In this document: piece by piece, positions 10,084 to 18,778 of the stretch
How the letters are laid out: the number at the start of each line of letters is the position of its first letter
How positions within the stretch are numbered: position 1 is the first letter of the stretch
NCBI GenBank assembly: GCA_023416745.1
Contig: JAEZHF010000022.1
Span: 168 to 64,167, forward strand
Reading direction: 5' to 3'
DNA: 64,000 bases
DNA from: Bacillota bacterium
Lineage (GTDB): Bacteria; Bacillota; Clostridia; Christensenellales; SZUA-584
Position numbers and translations under genes: made by a program
Notes under the pieces: model-generated
Told to the model about the DNA's origin: nothing
Database searches by the model: none
What the model saw: the letters and a program-made list of their open reading frames with translations, nothing else

Positions 10084-11228
10084 TGGCGGCGCGGGTACTG
10101 CACATACTCTCGTCCACGATGCGGGCGGGCGTCGCCGTGATGGTGATGAATCTGTACCGCGAGCTGGACCGGGAACAGATACAGTTCGACTTCGTGGCGC
10201 ACGAGCTGGGTGACGACGACTTCGGCGCTGAGATCGAACAGCTGGGCGGGCGCGTGTTCCGCATCCCTTTCCTCAGCGAAGCGGGCATGTCCGGTTTCGT
10301 GCGGCAGATACGCGGCATCATCGAGGTGCACGGGCCGTATGCCGCCGTGCACGCCCACACCGACTACCAGTCCGGCTTCTGCGCGCTGGCCGCCAAGCAG
10401 GCGGTCGTTCCCGTCCGCATCTGCCATGCGCACTCCGACACGCGTTACATCCGCTCCCCGCTGTTCGTATTAAAAAAAATTTTGGGGCGTGCGCTGATTG
10501 ACCGCAATGCGACGCGGCGCTGCGCGTGCAGTGAAAACGCCGCGCTGTCCACGTTCGGGCGGCGTGCCGTACAATGCGGCCTCGTCACCGTGATCCCCAA
10601 CGGCATCGATCTTTCCGGCTTTGCGGACTGCCCGCCTGAGACGAAGGCGGAGCTGCTGCAAGCCTGTCATGCGGATGCGTCCTCGCGCGTCGTGGGCTGC
10701 GTGGGCCGCCTCAGCCCCGAGAAAAATCCCGGCTTCGTGCTGGATATCGCCGCCGAAGCGCTCAAGGCAGGGCTGAACCTTCTTTTCGTCTATATCGGCA
10801 CCGGCGTACTGCTGGACGAGTTGTCCCGCCACGCTGAGCAGCTGGGGCTGGCCGATACCGTCTGTTTCCTCGGCGTGCGCAGCGACGTGCCGAAGCTGAT
10901 GCAGTGCTTCGACATGGTGATCGTACCGTCGTATACCGAGGGTTTCTCACTCGCGGCGCTGGAAGCGCAGGCCGCGGGCACACCCGTACTCGTCTCCTCC
11001 GGCGTACCGGATGCTGCGGACATGGGTCTCGGGCTGTTCCATGCACTGCCGCTCTCATCGGGCGCATCCGCGTGGATTGCCGCAGCGGCTGCTATCATGG
11101 ACAGCTCTGCCCGTCCCGATGCGGCGGTACGTACCCATGCTGTTCGCCAAAGGGGCTTTGATGCGACAGCGAACGCGGCGCAGATTATCCGTCTGTACAG
11201 CACGGAACCGGAGCAGGATTTGTCATGA
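10083..11228 (+). CDS. glycosyltransferase family 4 (GT-B, GT1-like)
   Basis: 381 aa. VLHILSSTMRAGV N-terminus. C-terminal GT-B motifs (GRLSPEKNPGF, VPSYTEGFSLAALEAQAAGTPVL). TGATG overlap with the upstream gene. Confidence 0.85.
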   Translation: MAARVLHILSSTMRAGVAVMVMNLYRELDREQIQFDFVAHELGDDDFGAEIEQLGGRVFRIPFLSEAGMSGFVRQIRGIIEVHGPYAAVHAHTDYQSGFCALAAKQAVVPVRICHAHSDTRYIRSPLFVLKKILGRALIDRNATRRCACSENAALSTFGRRAVQCGLVTVIPNGIDLSGFADCPPETKAELLQACHADASSRVVGCVGRLSPEKNPGFVLDIAAEALKAGLNLLFVYIGTGVLLDELSRHAEQLGLADTVCFLGVRSDVPKLMQCFDMVIVPSYTEGFSLAALEAQAAGTPVLVSSGVPDAADMGLGLFHALPLSSGASAWIAAAAAIMDSSARPDAAVRTHAVRQRGFDATANAAQIIRLYSTEPEQDLS

Positions 11229-12388
11229 GTATTCAGATGCAGCACATTTCTTCCATACTGCTTTACCTCGGCTGCTTCGCGCTGGCCGCGGCCTTGGCTG
11301 GGCTGTCGCAGGTATATCAGCGCGCCACGCGCCCCACGGCGCTGTCGCCCTCCTTCACACAGAGCTTCCGTCCCAACCGTGCCTTTCTGCTGCTGTCCTT
11401 CCTCGTGCCCTTTTTATTGTCCTCCTTCCGCTGGGAGGTGGGCACAGACTACAAGACGTACATCAGCCTTTACGAGGCAATCAACAGCATCAGCACGTCT
11501 GCCCAGTGGGTACAGCAGCTGCTCGAGGTGGAACCGCTGTATGTGCTGATGAACCTGCTCGTTAAGGCGATATTCGGCAGCCCGCTGCCCATATTCTTCA
11601 TATCCGCGCTGCTTCTACTGGGCTTCATCTACCGCACGATGGAGGACTACCACGGAAAGATATCCGTGATGCTGTCTGTGTTCGTATTCCTGCTGCTGAT
11701 GTTCTCCACCACGCTCAACATCATGCGTCAGATGATTTCGGTGGCCATCGTGTTCTACGCCACACGCTATCTTTTCCAGCACAACTACAAAAAAGCGGCA
11801 CTGTGGATGCTTATCGCGCTGATGTTCCACTACTCGGCGCTCATCGTGCTGCCCTTCTGGCTGTTCCGCGGCACCAAACGTTATGAGCGCAACGTTCGCA
11901 TCATCATGTTTTCCGCAATGCTGCTGCTGTTCGTGCTGGGTTCCGTGTTTGGGTCGTTGTTCGACCGAATCCGCCATCTCTATCTCCAGGAGTCTGGCTC
12001 TCAGCCGGACGTGGTGCTGCGCATCGGCCTGATGCTGCTGCGAGCGCCCATCATCGTGCCCATATTGCTGTACCGCAAGCAGCTGGTGGCGCACGACGAG
12101 CGCAACCATTTCTGGATCATCATGGCGGTGTTCGAGGTGGCATTCAGCTACCTTGGATACATACTGGATGTGCTGAACCGCTTGTCGCTGTACTTTGCCG
12201 TGTCGTGGATCGTGCTGCTGCCCGCACTGGTGCGAAGCATGCCCACGCGAGGCGCGCAATACCGCATGGGCGCGTACGTGATGCTGGTGGTCACCGGCCT
12301 GTGGGTGTTCAACACGGCTATAAGCAACTATGGCGACGTATTGCCGTACAAGAGCATATTTGACGTAAATTTCCTCAGCATGTTATAA
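11225..12388 (+). CDS. EpsG-family / Wzy-type polysaccharide polymerase
   Basis: 387 aa and polytopic (10 or more hydrophobic helices). EpsG-like FRWEVGTDYKTYISLY motif. ATGA overlap with the upstream GT4 gene. Confidence 0.75.
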   Translation: MSIQMQHISSILLYLGCFALAAALAGLSQVYQRATRPTALSPSFTQSFRPNRAFLLLSFLVPFLLSSFRWEVGTDYKTYISLYEAINSISTSAQWVQQLLEVEPLYVLMNLLVKAIFGSPLPIFFISALLLLGFIYRTMEDYHGKISVMLSVFVFLLLMFSTTLNIMRQMISVAIVFYATRYLFQHNYKKAALWMLIALMFHYSALIVLPFWLFRGTKRYERNVRIIMFSAMLLLFVLGSVFGSLFDRIRHLYLQESGSQPDVVLRIGLMLLRAPIIVPILLYRKQLVAHDERNHFWIIMAVFEVAFSYLGYILDVLNRLSLYFAVSWIVLLPALVRSMPTRGAQYRMGAYVMLVVTGLWVFNTAISNYGDVLPYKSIFDVNFLSML

Positions 12389-12412
12389 TTTAGCGATTTA
12401 TGGTGAAACGTG

Positions 12413-13477
12413 ATGAAACAAGCAAACGGGCGCAGCCTCTCAAATGAATCCATCCCCCTCGTCTCCGTTGTGATGCCCAATTACAACACGCCGGAGCCGT
12501 ATTTGAGATGCGCCATTGAGAGCATACTCTCGCAGACGTATGCCAACCTTGAGCTGATCATCATTGACGACGCGTCCACAGGCAACGACGTGGACGTGAT
12601 CCGATCCTACGAGGACGACCGCATCACGCTGCTGCGCAACGAGGTCAACCGGCACATTGCCTACACGATGAACCGGGGTATCGGCGTGGCGCGGGGCGAC
12701 TATATTGCCCGCATGGATTCAGACGACATCAGCCTGCCTTGGCGTATTGAAAAGCAGGTGCGTTTCATGCAGCGCCGACGTGATATCGACATCGTGTGTG
12801 CGCAGGCACGCATGTTCGGTAAGAAAAAAGGTGTTTTCGCCCCGCACCTGACCCGCCCTGAGCACATGCGAACGGAGATATTCTTCGGCTGCTCTGTGGT
12901 GCATCCCACGGTGATGTTCCGAACATCCTTTATCCGGGAGCATGCGCTCCGGTACAAGGATAACCTGTGCTACCGCGCCGCTGAGGACTACGAGCTGTGG
13001 TCACGAAGCGTATACCTTGGCCGCATCTGCGAATACCCGCGCGTGCTGCTCTACTACCGCGTGCACAGCCTGCAGATATCCTCGGCATCCAGCGGCAAGC
13101 AGATAACCAGCACGCGCCGCATCCGGGCGGATCAGCTGCGCCTGTTGGGCATCGTTCCCAGCGATCAGGAAGCGCTGCTGCACGACAGCTTCTGCACCGA
13201 AAGCGCCAAGTCGGGCTTCAGTCTCGCAGAGACCGAAGCCTGGGCACGCCGTATGCTTGCGGCCAATGCACAGACGGGTGCGTTGCCCCGCGGCTGCTTC
13301 AAACATGCCGTCGTCCAGCGGTATTTCGTTACTGCTGTCAAGCACCTGCTGGCGCGCCGCGTTTCCCTGCGCGGACTGATACAGCTGCGGCTGTCGCGGA
13401 CTATGCTGCTTCCGTTTTATTTTCCCGGCTATCTGATGCGCTTTTTGTTTTCAAAAAGGCTTAACCGGGTTATCTAA
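12413..13477 (+). CDS. glycosyltransferase family 2
   Basis: VSVVMPNYNTPEPYLRCAIESILSQTYANLELIIIDDASTGND and RMDSDDISLPWRIEKQ (DxD). Confidence 0.85.
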   Translation: MKQANGRSLSNESIPLVSVVMPNYNTPEPYLRCAIESILSQTYANLELIIIDDASTGNDVDVIRSYEDDRITLLRNEVNRHIAYTMNRGIGVARGDYIARMDSDDISLPWRIEKQVRFMQRRRDIDIVCAQARMFGKKKGVFAPHLTRPEHMRTEIFFGCSVVHPTVMFRTSFIREHALRYKDNLCYRAAEDYELWSRSVYLGRICEYPRVLLYYRVHSLQISSASSGKQITSTRRIRADQLRLLGIVPSDQEALLHDSFCTESAKSGFSLAETEAWARRMLAANAQTGALPRGCFKHAVVQRYFVTAVKHLLARRVSLRGLIQLRLSRTMLLPFYFPGYLMRFLFSKRLNRVI

Positions 13478-13483
13478 ACAGTG

Positions 13484-14611
13484 ATGAATATAAATAAAAA
13501 CGGCATCACGCTGATTTCAAACGAATACTTTAACGCACGAAACCTGCTGCTCACGGTTTTTGCCGTGATATTGATGGCGCTGACCGTATACATTCACGGC
13601 CTGCACGCGCGCATGGCCGTGCTGGATTTTATGGCCGCCCACGGCACAGGCTGCCTGCAGGGCTTATCCGAACCCGAAGGCACTCAGTGGTATACGGTGG
13701 AGAACGACCGGTTTGGCATAGACAGCAACGGCGGCAATGCGCGTGCCACCACGGACGGCATCAACGCCGCGCTGATATGGGCGCAGCAGCAGGGTTACAG
13801 TTATATTCGCTTTGAAGAGGGAACGTACCTGATACAATGCAACTGGCGTAACCGGTTTGAAGCGCCCACAGACGGCATACTGGTGCCCTCGGGGCTGACG
13901 CTGAACCTCGGTAGTTCAGAGTTCGTAATAGAGCCCAACAGCTATCCCGAATACACCATATTCGGCATTGTGGGTCAGAGTGACGTAACGATACTGGGCG
14001 GCACGCTGGTCGGCGACAGAGACAGCCACATCTACGAGCCCAGCGAATTTTCGCCCTCGCATGAGTTCGGCTTTGGCATCTGCGTGTCCGCCAGCAGCGA
14101 CGTGCTGATAGAGGGCGTCACCATCCGCGGCATGACGGGCGACGGCATCATACTGGAGGGTTCGTACAAGCCGATGGCTGAAGGAGGCCTCGTGTCCTCC
14201 CGCGTGCGGATACTGGGCTGCAATATATCAGACTGCCGCAGGCAGGGCATCAGCGTGATCGGCGCAGTGGACAGCGAGATTGCCCACAACCGCATCAGCT
14301 TCATCAAGGGCACAAACCCGCAGTTCGGAATCGACGTTGAGACGGAGATGGACTATATCGTGGACAACCTTGAGATCCATCACAACGTGATCGCCGGGTG
14401 CGCGGGCGGCGCCATCAGCTGTCACAGCGGCGCCAACTATCAGGCGTTCGACAACGCCTGCCGGGGCAGCGTGCTGGCTGTGAAGTCCAGCAACGTAAAG
14501 ATATACGGCAACCTGATCGAAGAAGGACTGCTGGCCGTCTATTCCGAAGCCAGCAACATAGATCTTCACGGCAACACGCTGGGGCCAAACGCCCGACTGC
14601 AGACAGAATGA
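13484..14611 (+). CDS. membrane-anchored right-handed parallel beta-helix protein (paralog 1)
   Basis: N-terminal TM helix (LLLTVFAVILMALTVYIHGL). Then a pectate-lyase-3/tailspike-like opening (RFGIDSNGGNARATTDGINAALIWAQ) and repeated beta-helix coils (VTIRGMTGDGIILEG, CRRQGISVIG, GGAISCHSG). Strongly similar to 20395..21753. Confidence 0.7.
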   Translation: MNINKNGITLISNEYFNARNLLLTVFAVILMALTVYIHGLHARMAVLDFMAAHGTGCLQGLSEPEGTQWYTVENDRFGIDSNGGNARATTDGINAALIWAQQQGYSYIRFEEGTYLIQCNWRNRFEAPTDGILVPSGLTLNLGSSEFVIEPNSYPEYTIFGIVGQSDVTILGGTLVGDRDSHIYEPSEFSPSHEFGFGICVSASSDVLIEGVTIRGMTGDGIILEGSYKPMAEGGLVSSRVRILGCNISDCRRQGISVIGAVDSEIAHNRISFIKGTNPQFGIDVETEMDYIVDNLEIHHNVIAGCAGGAISCHSGANYQAFDNACRGSVLAVKSSNVKIYGNLIEEGLLAVYSEASNIDLHGNTLGPNARLQTE

Positions 14612-14692
14612 TAAAAACGTCCGCGCAGGGTATTAAGACAGCGCGGAAAGGATCGATATAGGTTTTATACACATAGGCATTGGGGGCATTGT

Positions 14693-15751
14693 ATGCTGAA
14701 GGTCTTAGGACTGGGCGAAGAAGAGCAGTGGCTCAGCACAGTCAAAGAATTCGAGAATCACGACGTCTATTATCTGCCGCAATACACGAAGGCCTTCCGT
14801 CTGCACGGAGACGGTGAGCCTTTGCTTTTCTTTTACGAGTCGCCGGATACACGCGCTGTCAACGTGGTGATGAAGCGCGATATCGCTGCCGCCCTCCCGT
14901 TTTCGGGAGTATTGTCGGACAAAACATATTTCGATCTGTCCACGCCATACGGCTACGGCGGCTTCTTGATCGAGGGCGACCGCTCCGAAGCCGCCGTCAA
15001 AAAGCTTGATGAGGCGTACTGCGAATACTGCCGGCAAAATGGAATCGTCAGCGAATTCGTCCGCTTCCATCCGCTGCTTAAGAACTATGGCTGCCTCACG
15101 CCGATGTATGAGATCGTCGAGATGGGCAAGACAATATTCCTCGACCTCTCGTCACCCGGGGTAATCGATGGCAACATCAGGCCGCAAACGCACAACAGGA
15201 TCAGAAAGGCACAGCGGGACTGCGTCGGCGTAAGCAGCGGCAACTCGCCGGAGATTTTCACGCTGTTTTCCGAAATGTATAATGAAACGATGTCGCGCAA
15301 TCAGGCGAAGCCATATTACTTCTTCAGCCATGAGTTTTTTGACAGCATCCGCCGGGATATGCCAGATAACGCGGTCATATTCTACGCCCTCTGCTGCGGT
15401 CATGTGGCTGCGATGGAGCTGGTGATTTACGGCAACCACAAGATGCACAGCCATCTTCAGGCCTCCAAGAAGGACTACCAACACCTGTCTCCTGTCCCGC
15501 TTCTCTTGTATACCGAAGCCTTGTGGGGCTGCGAAAATGGCATCAGGGAATTTCATCTGGGCGGCGGCCTCGGGTCTGCGGATGATAACATCTACCAGTT
15601 CAAAAGCAACTTTAACCGAAACGCCGACACCCGTTTCCATGCGGGCCGGAAGATATTTGACCGTGATAAGTATGACCGGTTGCTGCAGCTGCGTAATCAG
15701 ACGCTGGCAGCCGCCGAAAGACCCGGCTTTTTTCCGGAATACCGCGCCTGA
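14693..15751 (+). CDS. FemX/FemAB-family aminoacyl-tRNA-dependent transferase-like protein
   Basis: 352 aa. Text runs parallel to FemX-type enzymes as I recall them: TPYGYGGF, IRKAQRDCVGVSSGNS..FTLFSEMYNETMSRNQAKPYYFFSHEFF, YGNHKMHSHLQAS, FHLGGGLGSADDNIYQFKSNF. Confidence 0.65.
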   Translation: MLKVLGLGEEEQWLSTVKEFENHDVYYLPQYTKAFRLHGDGEPLLFFYESPDTRAVNVVMKRDIAAALPFSGVLSDKTYFDLSTPYGYGGFLIEGDRSEAAVKKLDEAYCEYCRQNGIVSEFVRFHPLLKNYGCLTPMYEIVEMGKTIFLDLSSPGVIDGNIRPQTHNRIRKAQRDCVGVSSGNSPEIFTLFSEMYNETMSRNQAKPYYFFSHEFFDSIRRDMPDNAVIFYALCCGHVAAMELVIYGNHKMHSHLQASKKDYQHLSPVPLLLYTEALWGCENGIREFHLGGGLGSADDNIYQFKSNFNRNADTRFHAGRKIFDRDKYDRLLQLRNQTLAAAERPGFFPEYRA

Positions 15752-15765
15752 AGCGGCGGAGGTTT

Positions 15766-16317
15766 ATGATGCTACAATACGGGGCTGTCACACTGCGCCG
15801 CATCGAATACAGGGATATGGAGTTTCTGAGAAATCTGATCAACGACCCGCAGATAGCGCTGTCCGTTGTTGACTTCGGTTTTCCTGTATCGTCGCGGCAG
15901 CAGAACGAATGGTTTGAGACCGTTCTTCCGCACGAAAACGCGGAACGCTTCATCATCGAAAGCGGAGAGCACGCCGTCGGCAGCCTTGTCGCAGCCAAGA
16001 TTGATGCGGAAAACGGCACCGGAGAGGTGGGCTACAAGGTGCTGCCCGAGCATCAGGGCCACGGCTACGCCGCCGATGCCGTGCGCGCCGTACTGGCGTA
16101 CCTGTTTCTGGAAAAGGGGCTCCAATGCGTTTGCGCTTATCATCTGGACGGTAACAAAGCCTCCATGCGGGTGCTGGAAAAGGCCGGTTTCGTATTTGAA
16201 GGCATACTGCGCAAGGCTGTATATCGAAACGGTTCAAGGATTGATCTTGTATCCTGGTCCGTCAACCGCTCGAATTATTTACAAAAGGCAGGTGTCGCCG
16301 ATGCTGCTGCTGAATGA
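15766..16317 (+). CDS. GNAT N-acetyltransferase, RimJ/RimL-like
   Basis: 183 aa. VTLRRIEYRDMEFL opening, acetyl-CoA motif LPEHQGHGYAADAV, ASMRVLEKAGFVFEGILR. GGCGGAGG RBS. Confidence 0.85.
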   Translation: MMLQYGAVTLRRIEYRDMEFLRNLINDPQIALSVVDFGFPVSSRQQNEWFETVLPHENAERFIIESGEHAVGSLVAAKIDAENGTGEVGYKVLPEHQGHGYAADAVRAVLAYLFLEKGLQCVCAYHLDGNKASMRVLEKAGFVFEGILRKAVYRNGSRIDLVSWSVNRSNYLQKAGVADAAAE

Positions 16318-16816
16318 ATTACTTGAACTGCGCGCCATAGAACCGGCAGACGCTTTCATCATACTTGCGATCTTAAGGCTCCCGGGTATTTCGGCCAATC
16401 TGATGGGGTTTCCCTCGAAGGCGCTGGATATGGATTTTAACGGCTGGCTCGCTGCCGCCGTCAGAAGGAACGATTTCTACTTCACCGTGGTGGACCGGCA
16501 GTCGTCAGAAGTGATCGGCATCTGCGCCTATCAGGATATCGACTACCGCAACGGGCGGGTCAACGTATGGGCGGCGCTTGCGGATTCGGGTGATAAAGCC
16601 GAAACTTTCTCTTTGCTGGCGTCCAACGCATTTTTGCACCTGCGGATGGAGCATGTGGCTGTGCGTTGCTTGACGGACGATGCGGATACGATAGCCGCCG
16701 CTGAAGCAACCGGTTTCACCCGCGATGCCATTTTTTATTCACGTATCAAGAAAGATGGCAAAAATGCCGATGTATCAGTATATACCCTGCTCAAGGGCGA
16801 GGAAGGAGCTACGTAA
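16301..16816 (+). CDS. second RimL-like GNAT-fold protein with a degenerate acetyl-CoA motif
   Basis: Real part of track ORF 15866..16816. ATG 16301 overlaps the previous gene by 17 nt. LELRAIEPADAF opening and ATGFTRDAIFYSRIKKDG. At the position of the Q/RxxGxG/A motif the sequence reads LADSGDKAE. Confidence 0.65.
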   Translation: MLLLNELLELRAIEPADAFIILAILRLPGISANLMGFPSKALDMDFNGWLAAAVRRNDFYFTVVDRQSSEVIGICAYQDIDYRNGRVNVWAALADSGDKAETFSLLASNAFLHLRMEHVAVRCLTDDADTIAAAEATGFTRDAIFYSRIKKDGKNADVSVYTLLKGEEGAT

Positions 16817-17538
16817 TGGAACAAAAACATAATCATCGGGCCGGTTTCTACGAACGGGCCGTGAAACGTGTCTTTGATATCGCTCTCTCGATTGCGGCTC
16901 TGGTCATACTCAGCCCAATCGCGCTTGTTTGCATGCTGGCAATCAAGCTGGATGACATTCACGGAAGCGTACTGTTCAGACAGGAGCGCAACGGCAGGTA
17001 CGGCGAGGTGTTCAAGATCGTCAAATTCAGGACGATGAAGCGCGAGCTGTCCGGTGAAAACATCTGGGCCACGGTCTCAACGCTGACCGTACCGGGCAGG
17101 ATCATCCGCCTGCTGAGTCTGGATGAGATTCCGCAGTTCGTCAGCATACTAACCGGTAAGATGAGCTTTATCGGCCCGCGGCCGCTGCTGCTCAGCTATT
17201 ACGAATGGTTTTCTGACACTGAGCGGAGGCGCTTCAACGTCCGTCCGGGTTTATCCGGCCTATCTCAGATCAATGGACGCGCCAACCTGAACTGGGATGA
17301 ACGCTTTGCGCTGGACGTGGAATATGCTGACAACATCTCCTTTGCGCTGGACGTGAAGATATTCTTCAAAACCTTCGGCGTCATTCTTTCGCATAAGGAT
17401 GTGCTGCCCGAGGGAGACGTACCGCTGGAGGATTTCTCGGAATACCGCAAAAAGCAGCTCAAAAGAAAGAGCCAGGTCGTTAAGCTCAGCCCGCCTCCCG
17501 AAAAAAAGGCGTACGAGTCCAAAAGGATGCAGGCATGA
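16816..17538 (+). CDS. small monotopic phosphoglycosyl transferase (bacterial sugar transferase, PglC/WbaP-C-terminal type)
   Basis: 240 aa. KRVFDIALSIAALVILSPIALVCMLAIKLD re-entrant helix, KFRTM, LDEIPQFVSILTGKMSFIGPRP, RPGLSGLSQINGR. TAATG overlap with the upstream gene. Confidence 0.9.
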   Translation: MEQKHNHRAGFYERAVKRVFDIALSIAALVILSPIALVCMLAIKLDDIHGSVLFRQERNGRYGEVFKIVKFRTMKRELSGENIWATVSTLTVPGRIIRLLSLDEIPQFVSILTGKMSFIGPRPLLLSYYEWFSDTERRRFNVRPGLSGLSQINGRANLNWDERFALDVEYADNISFALDVKIFFKTFGVILSHKDVLPEGDVPLEDFSEYRKKQLKRKSQVVKLSPPPEKKAYESKRMQA

Positions 17539-17593
17539 CGGATCAGACAAGCGCAGCAAGCGGCCTGCCAAATCAGGGCCGGAGGCATAAAAC

Positions 17594-18766
17594 ATGAAGG
17601 TTCTTTTTACCGCATCGATCATGGGGCATCTGGCCAACTTCCATGTCCCCTACATGCAGTATTTCAAGGATAACGGCTTTGAAGTCCATGCCGCATGCGG
17701 TAGCGGCAGCCCTCCGTCCTGTATTGACCGCCATTTTAAAATTGCCTTTGAGCGCAGCCCGTTCAAGCTGAAAAACCTGAAGTGCTACCGGGCTTTGAAG
17801 GCGGTCATCGATGACAACTCATACGAAATCATACATTGTCACACGCCGGTCGTGAGCGTACTCACGCGGCTGGCTGCCAGAAAAGCACGTAAGAAAGGCA
17901 CAGTCGTGATCTACACCGCTCACGGCTTTCATTTTTATCACGGCGCGCCGCGCATCCTCGGTACGTTGTTCCGCATAGTGGAAAAATGGTTGTGCCGTTG
18001 TACGGACATACTGATCACAATCAACACCGAAGACTGCGATGCGGCAAAGCGCTACCGCTTCGCGCCCGCAAGAGGCATATTTAAGGTGCCGGGTGTGGGC
18101 GTAGACAGCTCGCGCTTTCTTCCGCAGACACTCGATAACAAACTGGCGAGCCGGATAAGCAACGGTATCAGTCCTGATGCGTTCGTGCTGATATTCGCCG
18201 GAGAATACAGCCGGGACAAAAACCAGCTGATGCTGCTTAAGGCTGTGAACCTGCTCAAAGAGTCTGTGCCCCATGTTTTGCTGCTGCTGCCGGGTCGCGG
18301 ACCAATGAGGAATGAACTTGAGCTGGCAGCGGTTTCACTGGGAATCACGGACAACGTCTGGCTGATGGGATACCGGACGGATATGGAACTGCTGCTCAGC
18401 GCCGCGGATGTGGCAGTATCCTCCTCGCAACGCGAGGGTCTTGGCATCAATCTCGTGGAAGCGCTGTCCACCGGTCTGCCCGTGGTGGCCACAAGGGTCA
18501 GGGGTCACGCTGATGTCATCACTGATGGTGAAAACGGCTTTCTGGTAAACACCTGCGATGCCCGCTCCATGGCGGATCGACTGCTTTCGCTGTACCGCTC
18601 TCCGCAGCTCCGTGCCGAAATGTCACGCAAGGCTTTGGATATGGTGCAGCCTTTTCTTCTTGAAAGCGCCAAAGCTGAAATCTGCCGCATCTACGAGCAG
18701 GTGATAAAGAGCCTGGCGCAGCCCGGGAACGGACAAGCCGGAGATACGGCCCCGCAGCACAATTAA
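17594..18766 (+). CDS. glycosyltransferase family 4
   Basis: 390 aa. MKVLFTASIMGHLANFHVPY opening. GT-B C-terminal motifs (SSQREGLGINLVEALSTGLPVVATRVRGHADVITDGENGFLV). Confidence 0.85.
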   Translation: MKVLFTASIMGHLANFHVPYMQYFKDNGFEVHAACGSGSPPSCIDRHFKIAFERSPFKLKNLKCYRALKAVIDDNSYEIIHCHTPVVSVLTRLAARKARKKGTVVIYTAHGFHFYHGAPRILGTLFRIVEKWLCRCTDILITINTEDCDAAKRYRFAPARGIFKVPGVGVDSSRFLPQTLDNKLASRISNGISPDAFVLIFAGEYSRDKNQLMLLKAVNLLKESVPHVLLLLPGRGPMRNELELAAVSLGITDNVWLMGYRTDMELLLSAADVAVSSSQREGLGINLVEALSTGLPVVATRVRGHADVITDGENGFLVNTCDARSMADRLLSLYRSPQLRAEMSRKALDMVQPFLLESAKAEICRIYEQVIKSLAQPGNGQAGDTAPQHN

Positions 18767-18778
18767 GCGGAGGAACAA

